Assembly (NCBI GenBank): GCA_037444405.1
Contig: JBBIML010000014.1
Coordinates: forward strand, 32,001-96,000
Direction: 5' to 3'
Length of the DNA: 64,000 nucleotides
From: Armatimonadota bacterium
Lineage (GTDB): Bacteria > Armatimonadota > Fimbriimonadia > Fimbriimonadales > GBS-DC
Shown: piece by piece, positions 1 through 8,251 of the stretch
Numbering within the stretch: the first letter of the stretch is position 1
How the letters are laid out: every line of letters starts with the position of its first letter
Position numbers and translations under genes: made by a program
The notes under the pieces: generated by a model
What the model saw: only the letters and a program-made list of their open reading frames with translations
Database searches by the model: none
What the model was told of the DNA's origin: nothing

Positions 1-566
1 GTTCGGGCGGCATCCAGCCGCCGCGCACGGCTCCTGACGCAACCAGCCGCTTGCCGAGCATCCCGCCACCGCCAGCCGAGCCATCCGACACCCAGGGCAG
101 CCATGAGCCGTCCAGTGCGCCCCTGCCCTTCTGCGGCATGGGCGAAACGGAGGAGCAGCTCTCACGGGCGATCAGCCAGCAGCTGGGCGGTCAGGCGGTC
201 GCCTGCTTCTTTGATCCGCTTTTGAACCGCTGGACGGTGCGCACGCGCATTCAGGCAGGTGCGCTCACGCGGGCGCGCGTGATGCAACAGGCGTTGCTGG
301 TCGCTGCCGCCACCTTCGCGCAGGCGCCCAGCCTGCAGAACGCCACCTTCATCGTGCTGGTGCCGGGCACCGCTGGCTCCGACACCGCGCTCTTCTCTGC
401 CGAGATCAGCCGCGCGATGTTGCCGCCCGATGTGCGCACGCTCACCGACGCCCAGATCGAAACCCTCTTTCAGTCGACTCGCGTCTGGTGGAACCCCGCT
501 GTACCACTGACCCCTGCTAATCCAGCAGGTCAGGCGCAGGCGCCGTCGAATCCCTTCTCACAATGA
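1..566 (+). CDS. Hypothetical Pro-rich protein, 5'-partial
   Basis: Frame is open from the window edge (base 3) to TGA at 564-566; the stop overlaps the ATG of the next gene (ATGA). Confidence 0.6.
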   Translation, partial: SGGIQPPRTAPDATSRLPSIPPPPAEPSDTQGSHEPSSAPLPFCGMGETEEQLSRAISQQLGGQAVACFFDPLLNRWTVRTRIQAGALTRARVMQQALLVAAATFAQAPSLQNATFIVLVPGTAGSDTALFSAEISRAMLPPDVRTLTDAQIETLFQSTRVWWNPAVPLTPANPAGQAQAPSNPFSQ

Positions 567-1990
567 GCCAGTGGATTGCGCGAGTGCTGTTCGGGGCAGT
601 AGTCGCGTTCGTTATTGGCAGCGCGATCTGGAACAACATCGTCACCAATCGGCTGATTGAGGAGGCGACGGGGCGCGACATCGAGCGTCAGACGCGCGCG
701 CTCACGCTGCTATCGGAGCGGGAGGACTTTTTTGACCTTATTCAGTCGCGGCGTCCACCCCGACGCCTGCGCGTGGCAATCGGCGTCGAGCGCATGAACA
801 ACCCGGTGGGTGTGAAGGTTGCGCTGGCGATGCTGCGCGACCCGGAGCCGCGCGTGCGCGACCGCTTCCTGCAGGCTCTGCTCAAAATCGGAGGCGATAA
901 TCTCGACGCGCTTGCCGAGGGGCTGAAGAACTCCGACGCGAATGTCAAAAACGGCACGGTGAAGGTGATGGTTCAGCTGGGCACGCGCTGTCTGCCCGTC
1001 GCGCTCAAGGCGTTCGAGAACAAAGATGCGCGTCAGGCAGCCGCCGAGGTGCTGGTGCAGTTCGGCAGCGCGAGCGTGCCCGGCTTGCTCGCGATTCTGA
1101 ACCGTGCGACCGACGAGGAATTGAAACTGGACGCGATAAACACGCTGGGACGCATCGGTGATCGGCAGGCGACTGATGCGCTGCTGCCCTACCTGAATCT
1201 GCCGCCTGAAAAGCGACGAATCGTGCTGGTGGCGCTGGGCAGTATCGCGGACGCCCGCACGGAGTCGATACTGGTGGAGGCGTTGCACTCGCCTGCGGAG
1301 GACCCCGATGCGCGGGCGCAGGTCGCGCTGGGGCTGGGGCGAATCGCCACGCCAGGCGCCATTCGTGCGCTGGTTCAGGCGCTGGGCGACCCCGATCTGG
1401 AGGTGGCGGACGCCGCCGCACAGGGACTGCAGCAGGCGGGCGTGAAGGCGCTGGACGCCCTTGCCAGCGCGCTCGCCGATGATCAAGTCGGTGTGCGCCT
1501 GCGAGCGGTGGCGGCGTTGAGCGGTATTCGCGACCGACGCGCGGTGGAGCTGTTGCGTCGGGCGTTGCATGATGACGACGCGCGGGTTCAACGCGCTGCC
1601 GCCGACGCGCTGGGCGAGAACGGCTTGCCCGAAGCCGTGCCGGTGCTGATCGAGGCGCTCGGCGCGGACGATGGCGGCGTCGCGCTCAGCGCCGTGCGCA
1701 GTTTGACCCGAATCGGTCAGTCGGCTATTCCTGCCCTGTTGAACACCCTGCGTGCCCCGCAGGACACCCAGCAAGCTTACTTCGCCGCGCTGGCGCTGAG
1801 CCAGATTCCAGAAGCCGAACCTGCGCTGCTCCGCGCGGCGCAACAGCCCGAAACGCGCCGATTCGCGCTAATCGCGCTCAAGGAGCGACGCTCGCAAGCG
1901 GCTCGCCCCCTCTTTGAAGGAGCGCAGCACAGCGACGATCCCACCCTGCGCAAGATCGCGCGCGAGGCGCTGATGCAACTCTCGCCATGA
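563..1990 (+). CDS. HEAT/PBS-lyase repeat protein with N-terminal membrane anchor
   Basis: N-terminal hydrophobic helix; repeated 'AxxALGxIGDxxAxxxLxxxL.D.D..VR' units. Confidence 0.85.
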   Translation: MSQWIARVLFGAVVAFVIGSAIWNNIVTNRLIEEATGRDIERQTRALTLLSEREDFFDLIQSRRPPRRLRVAIGVERMNNPVGVKVALAMLRDPEPRVRDRFLQALLKIGGDNLDALAEGLKNSDANVKNGTVKVMVQLGTRCLPVALKAFENKDARQAAAEVLVQFGSASVPGLLAILNRATDEELKLDAINTLGRIGDRQATDALLPYLNLPPEKRRIVLVALGSIADARTESILVEALHSPAEDPDARAQVALGLGRIATPGAIRALVQALGDPDLEVADAAAQGLQQAGVKALDALASALADDQVGVRLRAVAALSGIRDRRAVELLRRALHDDDARVQRAAADALGENGLPEAVPVLIEALGADDGGVALSAVRSLTRIGQSAIPALLNTLRAPQDTQQAYFAALALSQIPEAEPALLRAAQQPETRRFALIALKERRSQAARPLFEGAQHSDDPTLRKIAREALMQLSP

Positions 1991-2307
1991 AACCCGCTCG
2001 CGACTGGCTGGGGCGACTGCTGTCCATCACCGTGTTTTTGACGGGCATCGTGTTGATGCTGATCGCCTTCTGGCTCGCCTATCGCATGTTCCAGACGCCG
2101 CCCCAGCGACTGTTCCCAAGCGCAGGCGGCAGCAATCCGAACCTGAACGCGATAGCGACGGGCATCTGGGCAGCCCTGCGCGGCATCCTGCTGCTGGTGC
2201 TGATGGCAATCGTGGGCGGCATGGTCGCCAATCGGGGGATCAACCTCTACCTCGCCGTGCGCCGCGCCGAGTATGAAGAAATGAATGCCGATAACCACAC
2301 CCGATAA
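1987..2307 (+). CDS. Small hypothetical membrane protein (2 TM)
   Basis: Two hydrophobic helices; ATGA overlap with the upstream gene. Confidence 0.7.
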   Translation: MKPARDWLGRLLSITVFLTGIVLMLIAFWLAYRMFQTPPQRLFPSAGGSNPNLNAIATGIWAALRGILLLVLMAIVGGMVANRGINLYLAVRRAEYEEMNADNHTR

Positions 2308-2333
2308 GGAGGGTATAATTCATCGCGAGCGAC

Positions 2334-3656
2334 ATGGAAAAGTCGAGCCAATCGTCCTATGCTTGTACGGACAGGGTCCGTGAGCAGATTGCTCTCCTGC
2401 GAGATGATCATTACTTATACGAGGGGGAGAGCTGGGACTATGCTGACGCCGACACGAAAACCCACACGCACTGTTACCATGTCTACCCTGCGATGATGAT
2501 TCCACAAGTGGCGCGAAGGTTGATTCGCTTATATGGTTGCTCTCGTGGAACACTCCTTGATCCTTTTTGTGGTTCTGGAACCTCGTTGGTCGAGGCACGG
2601 TTGGCTGGTATGCATGGGGTTGGCATCGACATCAATCCGTTTGCCGTGTTTTTGACAAGAGCCAAGACGCAGATATTTGATGTTGATCAAGTGCTGAATC
2701 AAGCAAGGCGGCTACGCTCCCTTATCGATCATAAACTGAAACATCGAGAGAAAGTAGAACCACCTCGATTCTTCAATATAGACTATTGGTTTAAGAAAGA
2801 AGTTCAAATTGATTTATCAATTATTAAGGAACTAATTTTTGATGAAATCGATTCTTCGGTACGCGACTTCTTTCTGGTAGCATTCGCGCATACGGTACGG
2901 GAATGTTCAAACACGCGCAAGGGCGAATATAAGCTCTACCGCATTGCCGAACAGGAGCTAAGCTCATATCACCCACAGGTATTTTCGACCTTTTGGGAGA
3001 AGCTCGCTCAGAATCTGCGGGGTTTGATGGAATTTGTTGATGAAGCTGATCCGGCAACCCGAGCGATCGTCCTTCAGAGTGATGTGCGCTGCCCACAACC
3101 CATCGAGTCTGAGTCAGTAGACTTGATAGTTACCTCACCGCCATACGGAGATTCACAAACAACGGTGGCATATGGTCAATTTTCTCGCTTAGCACTTCAG
3201 TGGTTAGGTTTAGAGGACGATCAAGTCAAGAGCATTGATCGCAAGAGCTTGGGGGGAGCGGAGCGAGCAGCCAAAGTAGGCTACGAATCAGCGACATTAG
3301 CGCAAATCCTTGAGCAGATTCGTCAAAAAGACTCAAAACGAGCCAAACAGGTAAAACAGTTTTATGACGATTTTGCAGAGTGTTTTCCAGAGATAACGCG
3401 CACTGCACGCAAAGGGGCACATGCTTGCTTCGTTGTCGGAAATCGTACGGTTAAAGGCGTGCGTATTCCCACAAACAAGATTCTGGTCGAAATCGCCGAA
3501 TGCTTTGGCTGGAGTTACTGTACCACCTATCATCGTCGTATTCCTAACAAGCGAATGCCTCTACGCAACAGCCCATCGAACAAACCAGGTGAGTTGTGCG
3601 ATACGATGACCGAAGAGCATATCGTAGTGCTACGCAAAGGTGGCTGCAATGAGTAG
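2334..3656 (+). CDS. DNA amino-methyltransferase, probably N4-cytosine (M.MvaI/M.PspGI-like)
   Basis: SAM-binding LLDPFCGSGT precedes catalytic TSPPY; N-terminal HxYPAMMIP; AT-rich codons; GGGTATAAT -10 at 2311-2319. Confidence 0.88.
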   Translation: MEKSSQSSYACTDRVREQIALLRDDHYLYEGESWDYADADTKTHTHCYHVYPAMMIPQVARRLIRLYGCSRGTLLDPFCGSGTSLVEARLAGMHGVGIDINPFAVFLTRAKTQIFDVDQVLNQARRLRSLIDHKLKHREKVEPPRFFNIDYWFKKEVQIDLSIIKELIFDEIDSSVRDFFLVAFAHTVRECSNTRKGEYKLYRIAEQELSSYHPQVFSTFWEKLAQNLRGLMEFVDEADPATRAIVLQSDVRCPQPIESESVDLIVTSPPYGDSQTTVAYGQFSRLALQWLGLEDDQVKSIDRKSLGGAERAAKVGYESATLAQILEQIRQKDSKRAKQVKQFYDDFAECFPEITRTARKGAHACFVVGNRTVKGVRIPTNKILVEIAECFGWSYCTTYHRRIPNKRMPLRNSPSNKPGELCDTMTEEHIVVLRKGGCNE

Positions 3657-4503
3657 CTGGGAGGAGATTGCGAAGGAAGTGCGTGGCACAAAGGGATTAG
3701 CGGCAAGACTGCGGAAGCGAATACCTAATCCCGCAAAATTAGCAGCCGAGGCGCAGAAAAGAATCCTTGGAGACCCTCCACAGAAAGTTATCTGTGATGG
3801 AAATCTGAACAAAATTTTATGCAATCTTTTTGATATTGAATACCAAATTTATTTAGAGTTTGAGCGTAAAGCTTTTGATGATATAGTTGATATTGCACTC
3901 GGGCTGGATAACGGCTCTCACATAAGGCAGACTGTGGAGGAAAGTCTACAGATTGTCCAAGGCGGCTCTCTGTCACCTAATGAGGTACTTAAACAAATCT
4001 CAAAAAATCTGCTTCCAATCCATAAAGCTGTAGCAGAATCGTTTGCTCAAAGTCGTAAAAACCGAGCGGGAGGCAGTGCCCAGTACCATGTTGAGTTCGT
4101 TCTTAACCAACTCGGATATGCTGGCAAGTACGAAAAGGCTCGCAAGCTGAACGGCACTGTTGATTTTTTGTTTCCTAACCTTAAAACTTGGGAGCAGGAC
4201 AGGCGCCGTTGCACTATCCTATCCGTTAAACGCTCTTTGCGAGAGCGGTATAAGCAAGTATTCGAGGAGCTTGCCATCACACGGGGGTTAACTGTATACT
4301 TGATGGTTACGGAGACCGAAAAGGAAGCAGAAAAAGACATTACAGACAAGAAAGTTGGAACTCTTAATTCACAAAATATATATTTAGTTGTCAGAGATGA
4401 AATTAAAGCCGAGAGATTTTCTAAAAGTGCAAATGTGCGTGGCTTCACGGAGTTCTTCTGTAAAGATTTACCATCTCTAAGCAGCCGTTGGGAGGTGGAT
4501 TGA
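3649..4503 (+). CDS. Type II restriction endonuclease, EcoRII-C/PspGI/SsoII-like
   Basis: Motifs SRKNRAG, DFLFP and KRSLRERYKQ; overlaps the MTase stop; ATG 3649 follows AAAGGTGG. Confidence 0.8.
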   Translation: MSSWEEIAKEVRGTKGLAARLRKRIPNPAKLAAEAQKRILGDPPQKVICDGNLNKILCNLFDIEYQIYLEFERKAFDDIVDIALGLDNGSHIRQTVEESLQIVQGGSLSPNEVLKQISKNLLPIHKAVAESFAQSRKNRAGGSAQYHVEFVLNQLGYAGKYEKARKLNGTVDFLFPNLKTWEQDRRRCTILSVKRSLRERYKQVFEELAITRGLTVYLMVTETEKEAEKDITDKKVGTLNSQNIYLVVRDEIKAERFSKSANVRGFTEFFCKDLPSLSSRWEVD

Positions 4504-4593
4504 TTGCAGATGTGCCGAAAATAGGGGGTATCTAAGCCCCCTCTCCACCTATGGAGCAGAAAAAGGAAGATAAGGGGGCGATATTTTTAGAAC

Positions 4594-5028
4594 CTACTTC
4601 GACTCGCCAGCGGATTGGTTGGCGGGCGGGTTGTTGAGCGGGATGGTGTAGCCTTCAGGTGCGCCGGGTGGGGCGATTCCGTACTGCCCTGTGCGCGGGT
4701 CGAACTGCACATCGCCCACGCGCGTGTCGGGCGGTGGTGAGGGATTCTGTTGCGGGTGCGGTTCGTTGCTCACTGTCGGTGGCGGCGCCTGATAGGGCGG
4801 CACGCCCGGCTGCGACGGGTTCTGATTCGGCGTTGCGGGCTGCTCGGCGTTGGGCACCTCAATCGGGGGCGGCGCGGTTTGAACCCCACGCTCAATCTCG
4901 GTTCTATACTGCTCGCGCTTCTCGCCCAGCGCCTCATGCACGGCGGTCTCGTTCAGCGGCTGACGGCGGCACCCGCCGAGTATCAGCACCATCGCCAGCC
5001 CCATCAAACCCCATCGAATGGCTTGCAT
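4594..5028 (-). CDS. Pro/Gln-rich putative lipoprotein
   Basis: MQAIRWGLMGLAMVLILGG-C lipobox-like signal; GAGG SD upstream of ATG 5028. Confidence 0.7.
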   Translation of the reverse strand: MQAIRWGLMGLAMVLILGGCRRQPLNETAVHEALGEKREQYRTEIERGVQTAPPPIEVPNAEQPATPNQNPSQPGVPPYQAPPPTVSNEPHPQQNPSPPPDTRVGDVQFDPRTGQYGIAPPGAPEGYTIPLNNPPANQSAGESK

Positions 5029-5041
5029 CGTTTGACCTCTG

Positions 5042-6025
5042 CTAATATTGTGGCACATTCGCGTCCCATCCCACATAGAGAACCTCCTCTTCCAGCCAGA
5101 CGCCAAACCGCTCATGGACCGCCTGCTTCACTTTGTGCGCCAGCTGGTAGAAGTCGCTGGCGGTGGCATCACCGCGGTTAATGAGGAAGTTCGCGTGTTT
5201 GCGGGAGACGCATGCGCCGCCAATCTGATAGCCTTTCAGCCCGCACGCCTCGATGAGAAACCCGGCAGGCACGACGCCCGCCTCTTTGAGCGGTGCAGGC
5301 AGGTTCGGCAACCGCTCCGCCAGCTCGCGATGATACACATTCTTGAAGAAGCTGCCAGCGGACGATTCAGGGGGCTGCTTTTCGATGCGCTGGCGTTGCA
5401 GGTGGCGGGCGCGGTCAAAAATGGCGCGTTTCGAGTCGGGCGTCAGGCGCATCCGCACCGCTAATAAGGCGGTCGGCGGCGCGTTCGGTCGGCGCAGGCG
5501 ACTGTCCCGATAGGAGAACTGCATCCAGTCGGGCGAGACGCGCTGTCGCCGACCTTCCACCACCAGATCGATGTCGATCAGCAGGTCAGCGATATTCTGG
5601 CGGTAGGCGCCCGCGTTGGATACCAGCGCGCCGCCCAGCGTGCCCGGGATGCCGACGGCGAACTCCAGCCCGCTTAAGCCCTGCTGTGCCGCCTTCAAAA
5701 ACAGCTCGCGAATGGGAATGCCCGTCTCGGCGTAGGTCTCTTCGCCGATAATTGCCCGCTCACAAGCGTTATAGATGACCAGCGCGGGGATGCCCGCATC
5801 GCTGACCAGGATATTACTGCCGTGCCCCATAATAAAAGTGGGCACATGATGGGTTTGTGCCCACTCGCTGATTCGCGCGAACTCTTCCAGATCGCTCACC
5901 CTGTAAAAGAGCGCGGCGGGTCCGCCCACGCGCAGGGTGGTGTGCCGTCGCATCGGCTCGTTGCGCTGGAGCGGACGGGAGCAGAGCGGCGTCAGCTGGC
6001 GTGCCAGCGCGTCCCAGTCGATCAA
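5042..6025 (-). CDS. murB: UDP-N-acetylenolpyruvoylglucosamine reductase
   Basis: HTTLRVGGPA, GxGSNILVSD, GIPGTLGGA, SAGSFFKN, HANFLIN. Confidence 0.95.
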   Translation of the reverse strand: MIDWDALARQLTPLCSRPLQRNEPMRRHTTLRVGGPAALFYRVSDLEEFARISEWAQTHHVPTFIMGHGSNILVSDAGIPALVIYNACERAIIGEETYAETGIPIRELFLKAAQQGLSGLEFAVGIPGTLGGALVSNAGAYRQNIADLLIDIDLVVEGRRQRVSPDWMQFSYRDSRLRRPNAPPTALLAVRMRLTPDSKRAIFDRARHLQRQRIEKQPPESSAGSFFKNVYHRELAERLPNLPAPLKEAGVVPAGFLIEACGLKGYQIGGACVSRKHANFLINRGDATASDFYQLAHKVKQAVHERFGVWLEEEVLYVGWDANVPQY

Positions 6026-6243
6026 ACGGCACGCACCACCTTGCCCGCCTTCAGACAGCGCGTGCAGACGCGAATGCGCCGCACGGTCTTACCGCCGTTC
6101 ACATACGCCCGCACCGTCTGCAGATTCGGCGACCACTGGCGCTTCGTGCGCGGTGCGCGATACCGCCACAGCCCCGAATGGCGATGTCGAATGTTCTGCC
6201 CAAACTGCGGTCCCTTGCCACAAATCTCACACACTCGTGCCAT
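6022..6243 (-). CDS. rpmB: 50S ribosomal protein L28
   Basis: MARVCEICGK...TKRQWSPNLQ...VCTRCLK (zinc-binding CxxC pair); AGGAGG SD. Confidence 0.95.
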   Translation of the reverse strand: MARVCEICGKGPQFGQNIRHRHSGLWRYRAPRTKRQWSPNLQTVRAYVNGGKTVRRIRVCTRCLKAGKVVRAV

Positions 6244-6319
6244 CGATGTCTCCTCCTGTTGAACCGATGGGTTATTGTACCCAACCGGTGCATCGTCGAG
6301 TATACTACAGAGCGTCGGT

Positions 6320-6355
6320 GGTTATTAAACGATCTGGCGGTATCGTTTAATAACC
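6320..6355. repeat. Perfect 14-bp AT-rich inverted repeat
   Basis: GGTTATTAAACGAT-N8-ATCGTTTAATAACC. Confidence 0.85.
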
Positions 6356-6362
6356 TGACCCC

Positions 6363-6391
6363 TTATTTAACATTATTTAACATTCGTTACA
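6363..6391 (+). promoter_or_regulatory. Tandem 10-bp direct repeats, possible regulator binding site
   Basis: TTATTTAACA TTATTTAACA TTCGTTACA immediately upstream of the mini-ORF at 6405. Confidence 0.45.
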
Positions 6392-6404
6392 TTCGGTGGC
6401 GGCG

Positions 6405-6497
6405 ATGAAGCGCGGGAACATAGCGTGCAGACGCAACCGAATCTTCGTCTATGACCATTATCTGAACATTCTCAGCGAAGGCACGGAGCCGCTGTAA
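6405..6497 (+). pseudogene. Internally deleted Fic-family gene remnant (30 aa)
   Basis: MKRGNIACRRNRIFVYDHYLNILSEGTEPL*; the tail resembles the 'RRNRxFxYxxYLxILxEGTEP' end of Fic proteins. Confidence 0.55.
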
Positions 6498-6506
6498 GCT
6501 GGAGAG

Positions 6507-7082
6507 CTATTCCGAAAGGTGTTGCCGATTAAAACGGCTCATCACGCGCTCGATGGGGTCGGTGAGCCAGCACTCGCAGGCATTCGCTGCGATCTCCAGC
6601 ATCTGGCGCATAAGGGGTTTCTCCGACTCGTCAAAGGGCGACAGCACATAGTCGGCGGGATCGACGCCTTCAGGCGGTGCGCCGATTCCCACGCGCAGGC
6701 GCGGGAACTCCTCCGTGCCAATCGCCTCAATAATGGAGCGCATCCCGTTGTGCCCGCCCGATGAGCCGCGCGGACGCAGGCGCAGAGTGCCTATTGGCAG
6801 CGCGATATCGTCGTACACCACCAGCATCTGCTGGGGGGTCAGCTGATAGGCTTTCAGCAGGGGGCGAACCGCCTCGCCACTGCGGTTCATAAAGGTCATC
6901 GGCTGCACCAGCAACACAGGCACGCCGCCGATCTCGCCCTGACCGTAGCGGGCATGATAGCGGTGGCGATTAAGCGGGATATTGTGTCGGCGAGCCAGCA
7001 GGCTGACGACCCAGAAGCCCACATTGTGGCGTGTGCCCGCGTATTGCTCGCCCGGATTGCCCAGCCCGATAATCGCTCGCAC
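6507..7082 (-). CDS. pth: Peptidyl-tRNA hydrolase
   Basis: GLGNPG..Y..TRHNVGF, TFMNRSG, GGHNG, RLRVGIG. Confidence 0.96.
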   Translation of the reverse strand: MRAIIGLGNPGEQYAGTRHNVGFWVVSLLARRHNIPLNRHRYHARYGQGEIGGVPVLLVQPMTFMNRSGEAVRPLLKAYQLTPQQMLVVYDDIALPIGTLRLRPRGSSGGHNGMRSIIEAIGTEEFPRLRVGIGAPPEGVDPADYVLSPFDESEKPLMRQMLEIAANACECWLTDPIERVMSRFNRQHLSE

Positions 7083-7105
7083 GCGCGGGATTGTACCCCA
7101 GCGCG

Positions 7106-7777
7106 TCAGGCGCGCACCGGCTCAAATATCTGCAAACCCGCGCGGTTCCAGTCGTCCAGAAACCGCTGGAGCCCGATATCGGTCAGCGGATGGTGGAACA
7201 GCTGTTCCAACACCTTGAAAGGCATCGTGGCGATGTGTGCGCCCAGCCGCATCGCCTCCACCACATGCATCGGATGGCGGATGCTGGCGACCAGCACCTC
7301 ACTGGGGAAGCCATAGTTTTCGACCATCTGCACCACATCTTCGATTGTGCGCATGCCCTCGCTGGCAACATCGTCCACGCGCCCGACGAACACGCTGATG
7401 AAAGTGGCGCCCGCCTTCGCCGCCAGCAGTGCCTGCGCGGGCGAAAAAACAAGCGTCATGTTGATGCGGATGCCTTCGCGGGAGAGGATGCGGGTTGCTT
7501 GAACGCCGGCGGGCGTCATCGGAATTTTGACCACGATGTTGGGCGCCCAGGAGGCAATCTCACGCGCCTCGCGCAGCATCTGATCCACCGTGGTGCCGAC
7601 CACCTCCGCGCTGATGGCGCCCTCGGGCACAAGCCGACACATCTCTACCACCGTCTCTTTGAACCCGCGCCCCGCTTTAGCAATCAGCGAGGGATTGGTG
7701 GTCACGCCATCGATGATGCCCCACTCGGCGGCTTGCTGAACCTCTTCGATCTGCCCTGTGTCCACGAACAGCTTCAT
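7106..7777 (-). CDS. tal: Transaldolase / fructose-6-phosphate aldolase family
   Basis: LFVDT, GVTTNPSL, VVKIP, NMTLVFS, ASIRHP; GAGGTG SD before MKLF. Confidence 0.92.
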   Translation of the reverse strand: MKLFVDTGQIEEVQQAAEWGIIDGVTTNPSLIAKAGRGFKETVVEMCRLVPEGAISAEVVGTTVDQMLREAREIASWAPNIVVKIPMTPAGVQATRILSREGIRINMTLVFSPAQALLAAKAGATFISVFVGRVDDVASEGMRTIEDVVQMVENYGFPSEVLVASIRHPMHVVEAMRLGAHIATMPFKVLEQLFHHPLTDIGLQRFLDDWNRAGLQIFEPVRA

Positions 7778-7794
7778 GCTGACACCTCGCACAC

Positions 7795-7868
7795 TGGCTG
7801 CCGGGGGTGGATTCGAACCACCACTACGGGATCCAAAGTCCCGCGTCCTGCCCTTAGACGACCCGGCA
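7795..7868 (-). tRNA. tRNA-Gln (anticodon TTG)
   Basis: Cloverleaf: TGCCGGG acceptor, CGGGA-CTTTGGA-TCCCG anticodon arm, TTCGAAT T-loop, encoded CCA. Confidence 0.95.
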
Positions 7869-7945
7869 TCGGTTCCGATTATACCTGCTCAGTGCCTGCC
7901 CCGCAAAGAATACGGTTTTTTGCCAATCCCCGTAAGAGTATAGAA

Positions 7946-8110
7946 GTGCCGGGCGGGCGAAAGTGGCACGATACCATCAGCAGCGGGGTCAAGCCCCGAG
8001 ATGGCGAGTGGCAACCGCGGTGGCGGAGTAGTTGAAACGGCTCTCATCAGCACCGTCCAGCGCCACCGCCACACACCCCCTGCGGGACGCTTTTCCGCAG
8101 GGGGCTTTTT
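7946..8110 (+). ncRNA. Candidate structured ncRNA of unknown family
   Basis: Three hand-folded stems plus a possible pseudoknot; -10-like GTATAGA just upstream; own terminator; no + strand gene downstream. Confidence 0.55.
8076..8110 (+). terminator. Intrinsic terminator
   Basis: CCCCCTGCGGGA / TTCCGCAGGGGG stem followed by CTTTTT. Confidence 0.85.
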
Positions 8111-8112
8111 AT

Positions 8113-8149
8113 AAAAAGTGAGAGGCGGGTGGGGAGGAGCCCGCCTCTC
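8113..8149 (-). terminator. Intrinsic terminator (minus strand)
   Basis: GAGAGGCGGG / CCCGCCTCTC 10-bp stem followed on the minus strand by ACTTTTT. Confidence 0.8.
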
Positions 8150-8217
8150 TTCGGGGTAGGGGAGGTGCGACCAAGTTTAGCAGGAGGTTCTCTGGTCAAC
8201 CTGTACCCTGTCGCCAC
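8113..8217 (-). ncRNA. Candidate ~100-nt sRNA with three CCUCC anti-SD motifs
   Basis: Lies between a sigma-28-like promoter and a terminator; contains ACCTCCT, ACCTCCC and CTCCTCCCC. Confidence 0.5.
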
Positions 8218-8223
8218 TCTCGA

Positions 8224-8251
8224 TTATCGGCAGGTTGCCCCGAAATTTTTA
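8224..8251 (-). promoter_or_regulatory. Sigma-28 (FliA/SigD/WhiG)-like promoter
   Basis: TAAA-N16-GCCGATAA on the minus strand, overlapping the tatD stop codon. Confidence 0.6.

Noticed and set aside
710..1843. Long antisense/shadow ORFs (also 9520-10854, 22996-24897, 33802-35253, 46616-48520, 53999-56335)
   Set aside because: They lie opposite well-supported genes and have no motifs; expected in high-GC DNA.
8005..8020. T-box-like GAGTGGCAACCGCG
   Set aside because: It has an extra base versus UGGNACC, no stem I, and no downstream gene on that strand.
8034..8051. Hammerhead-like CTGATGA / GAAAC
   Set aside because: The two core elements are on opposite strands.
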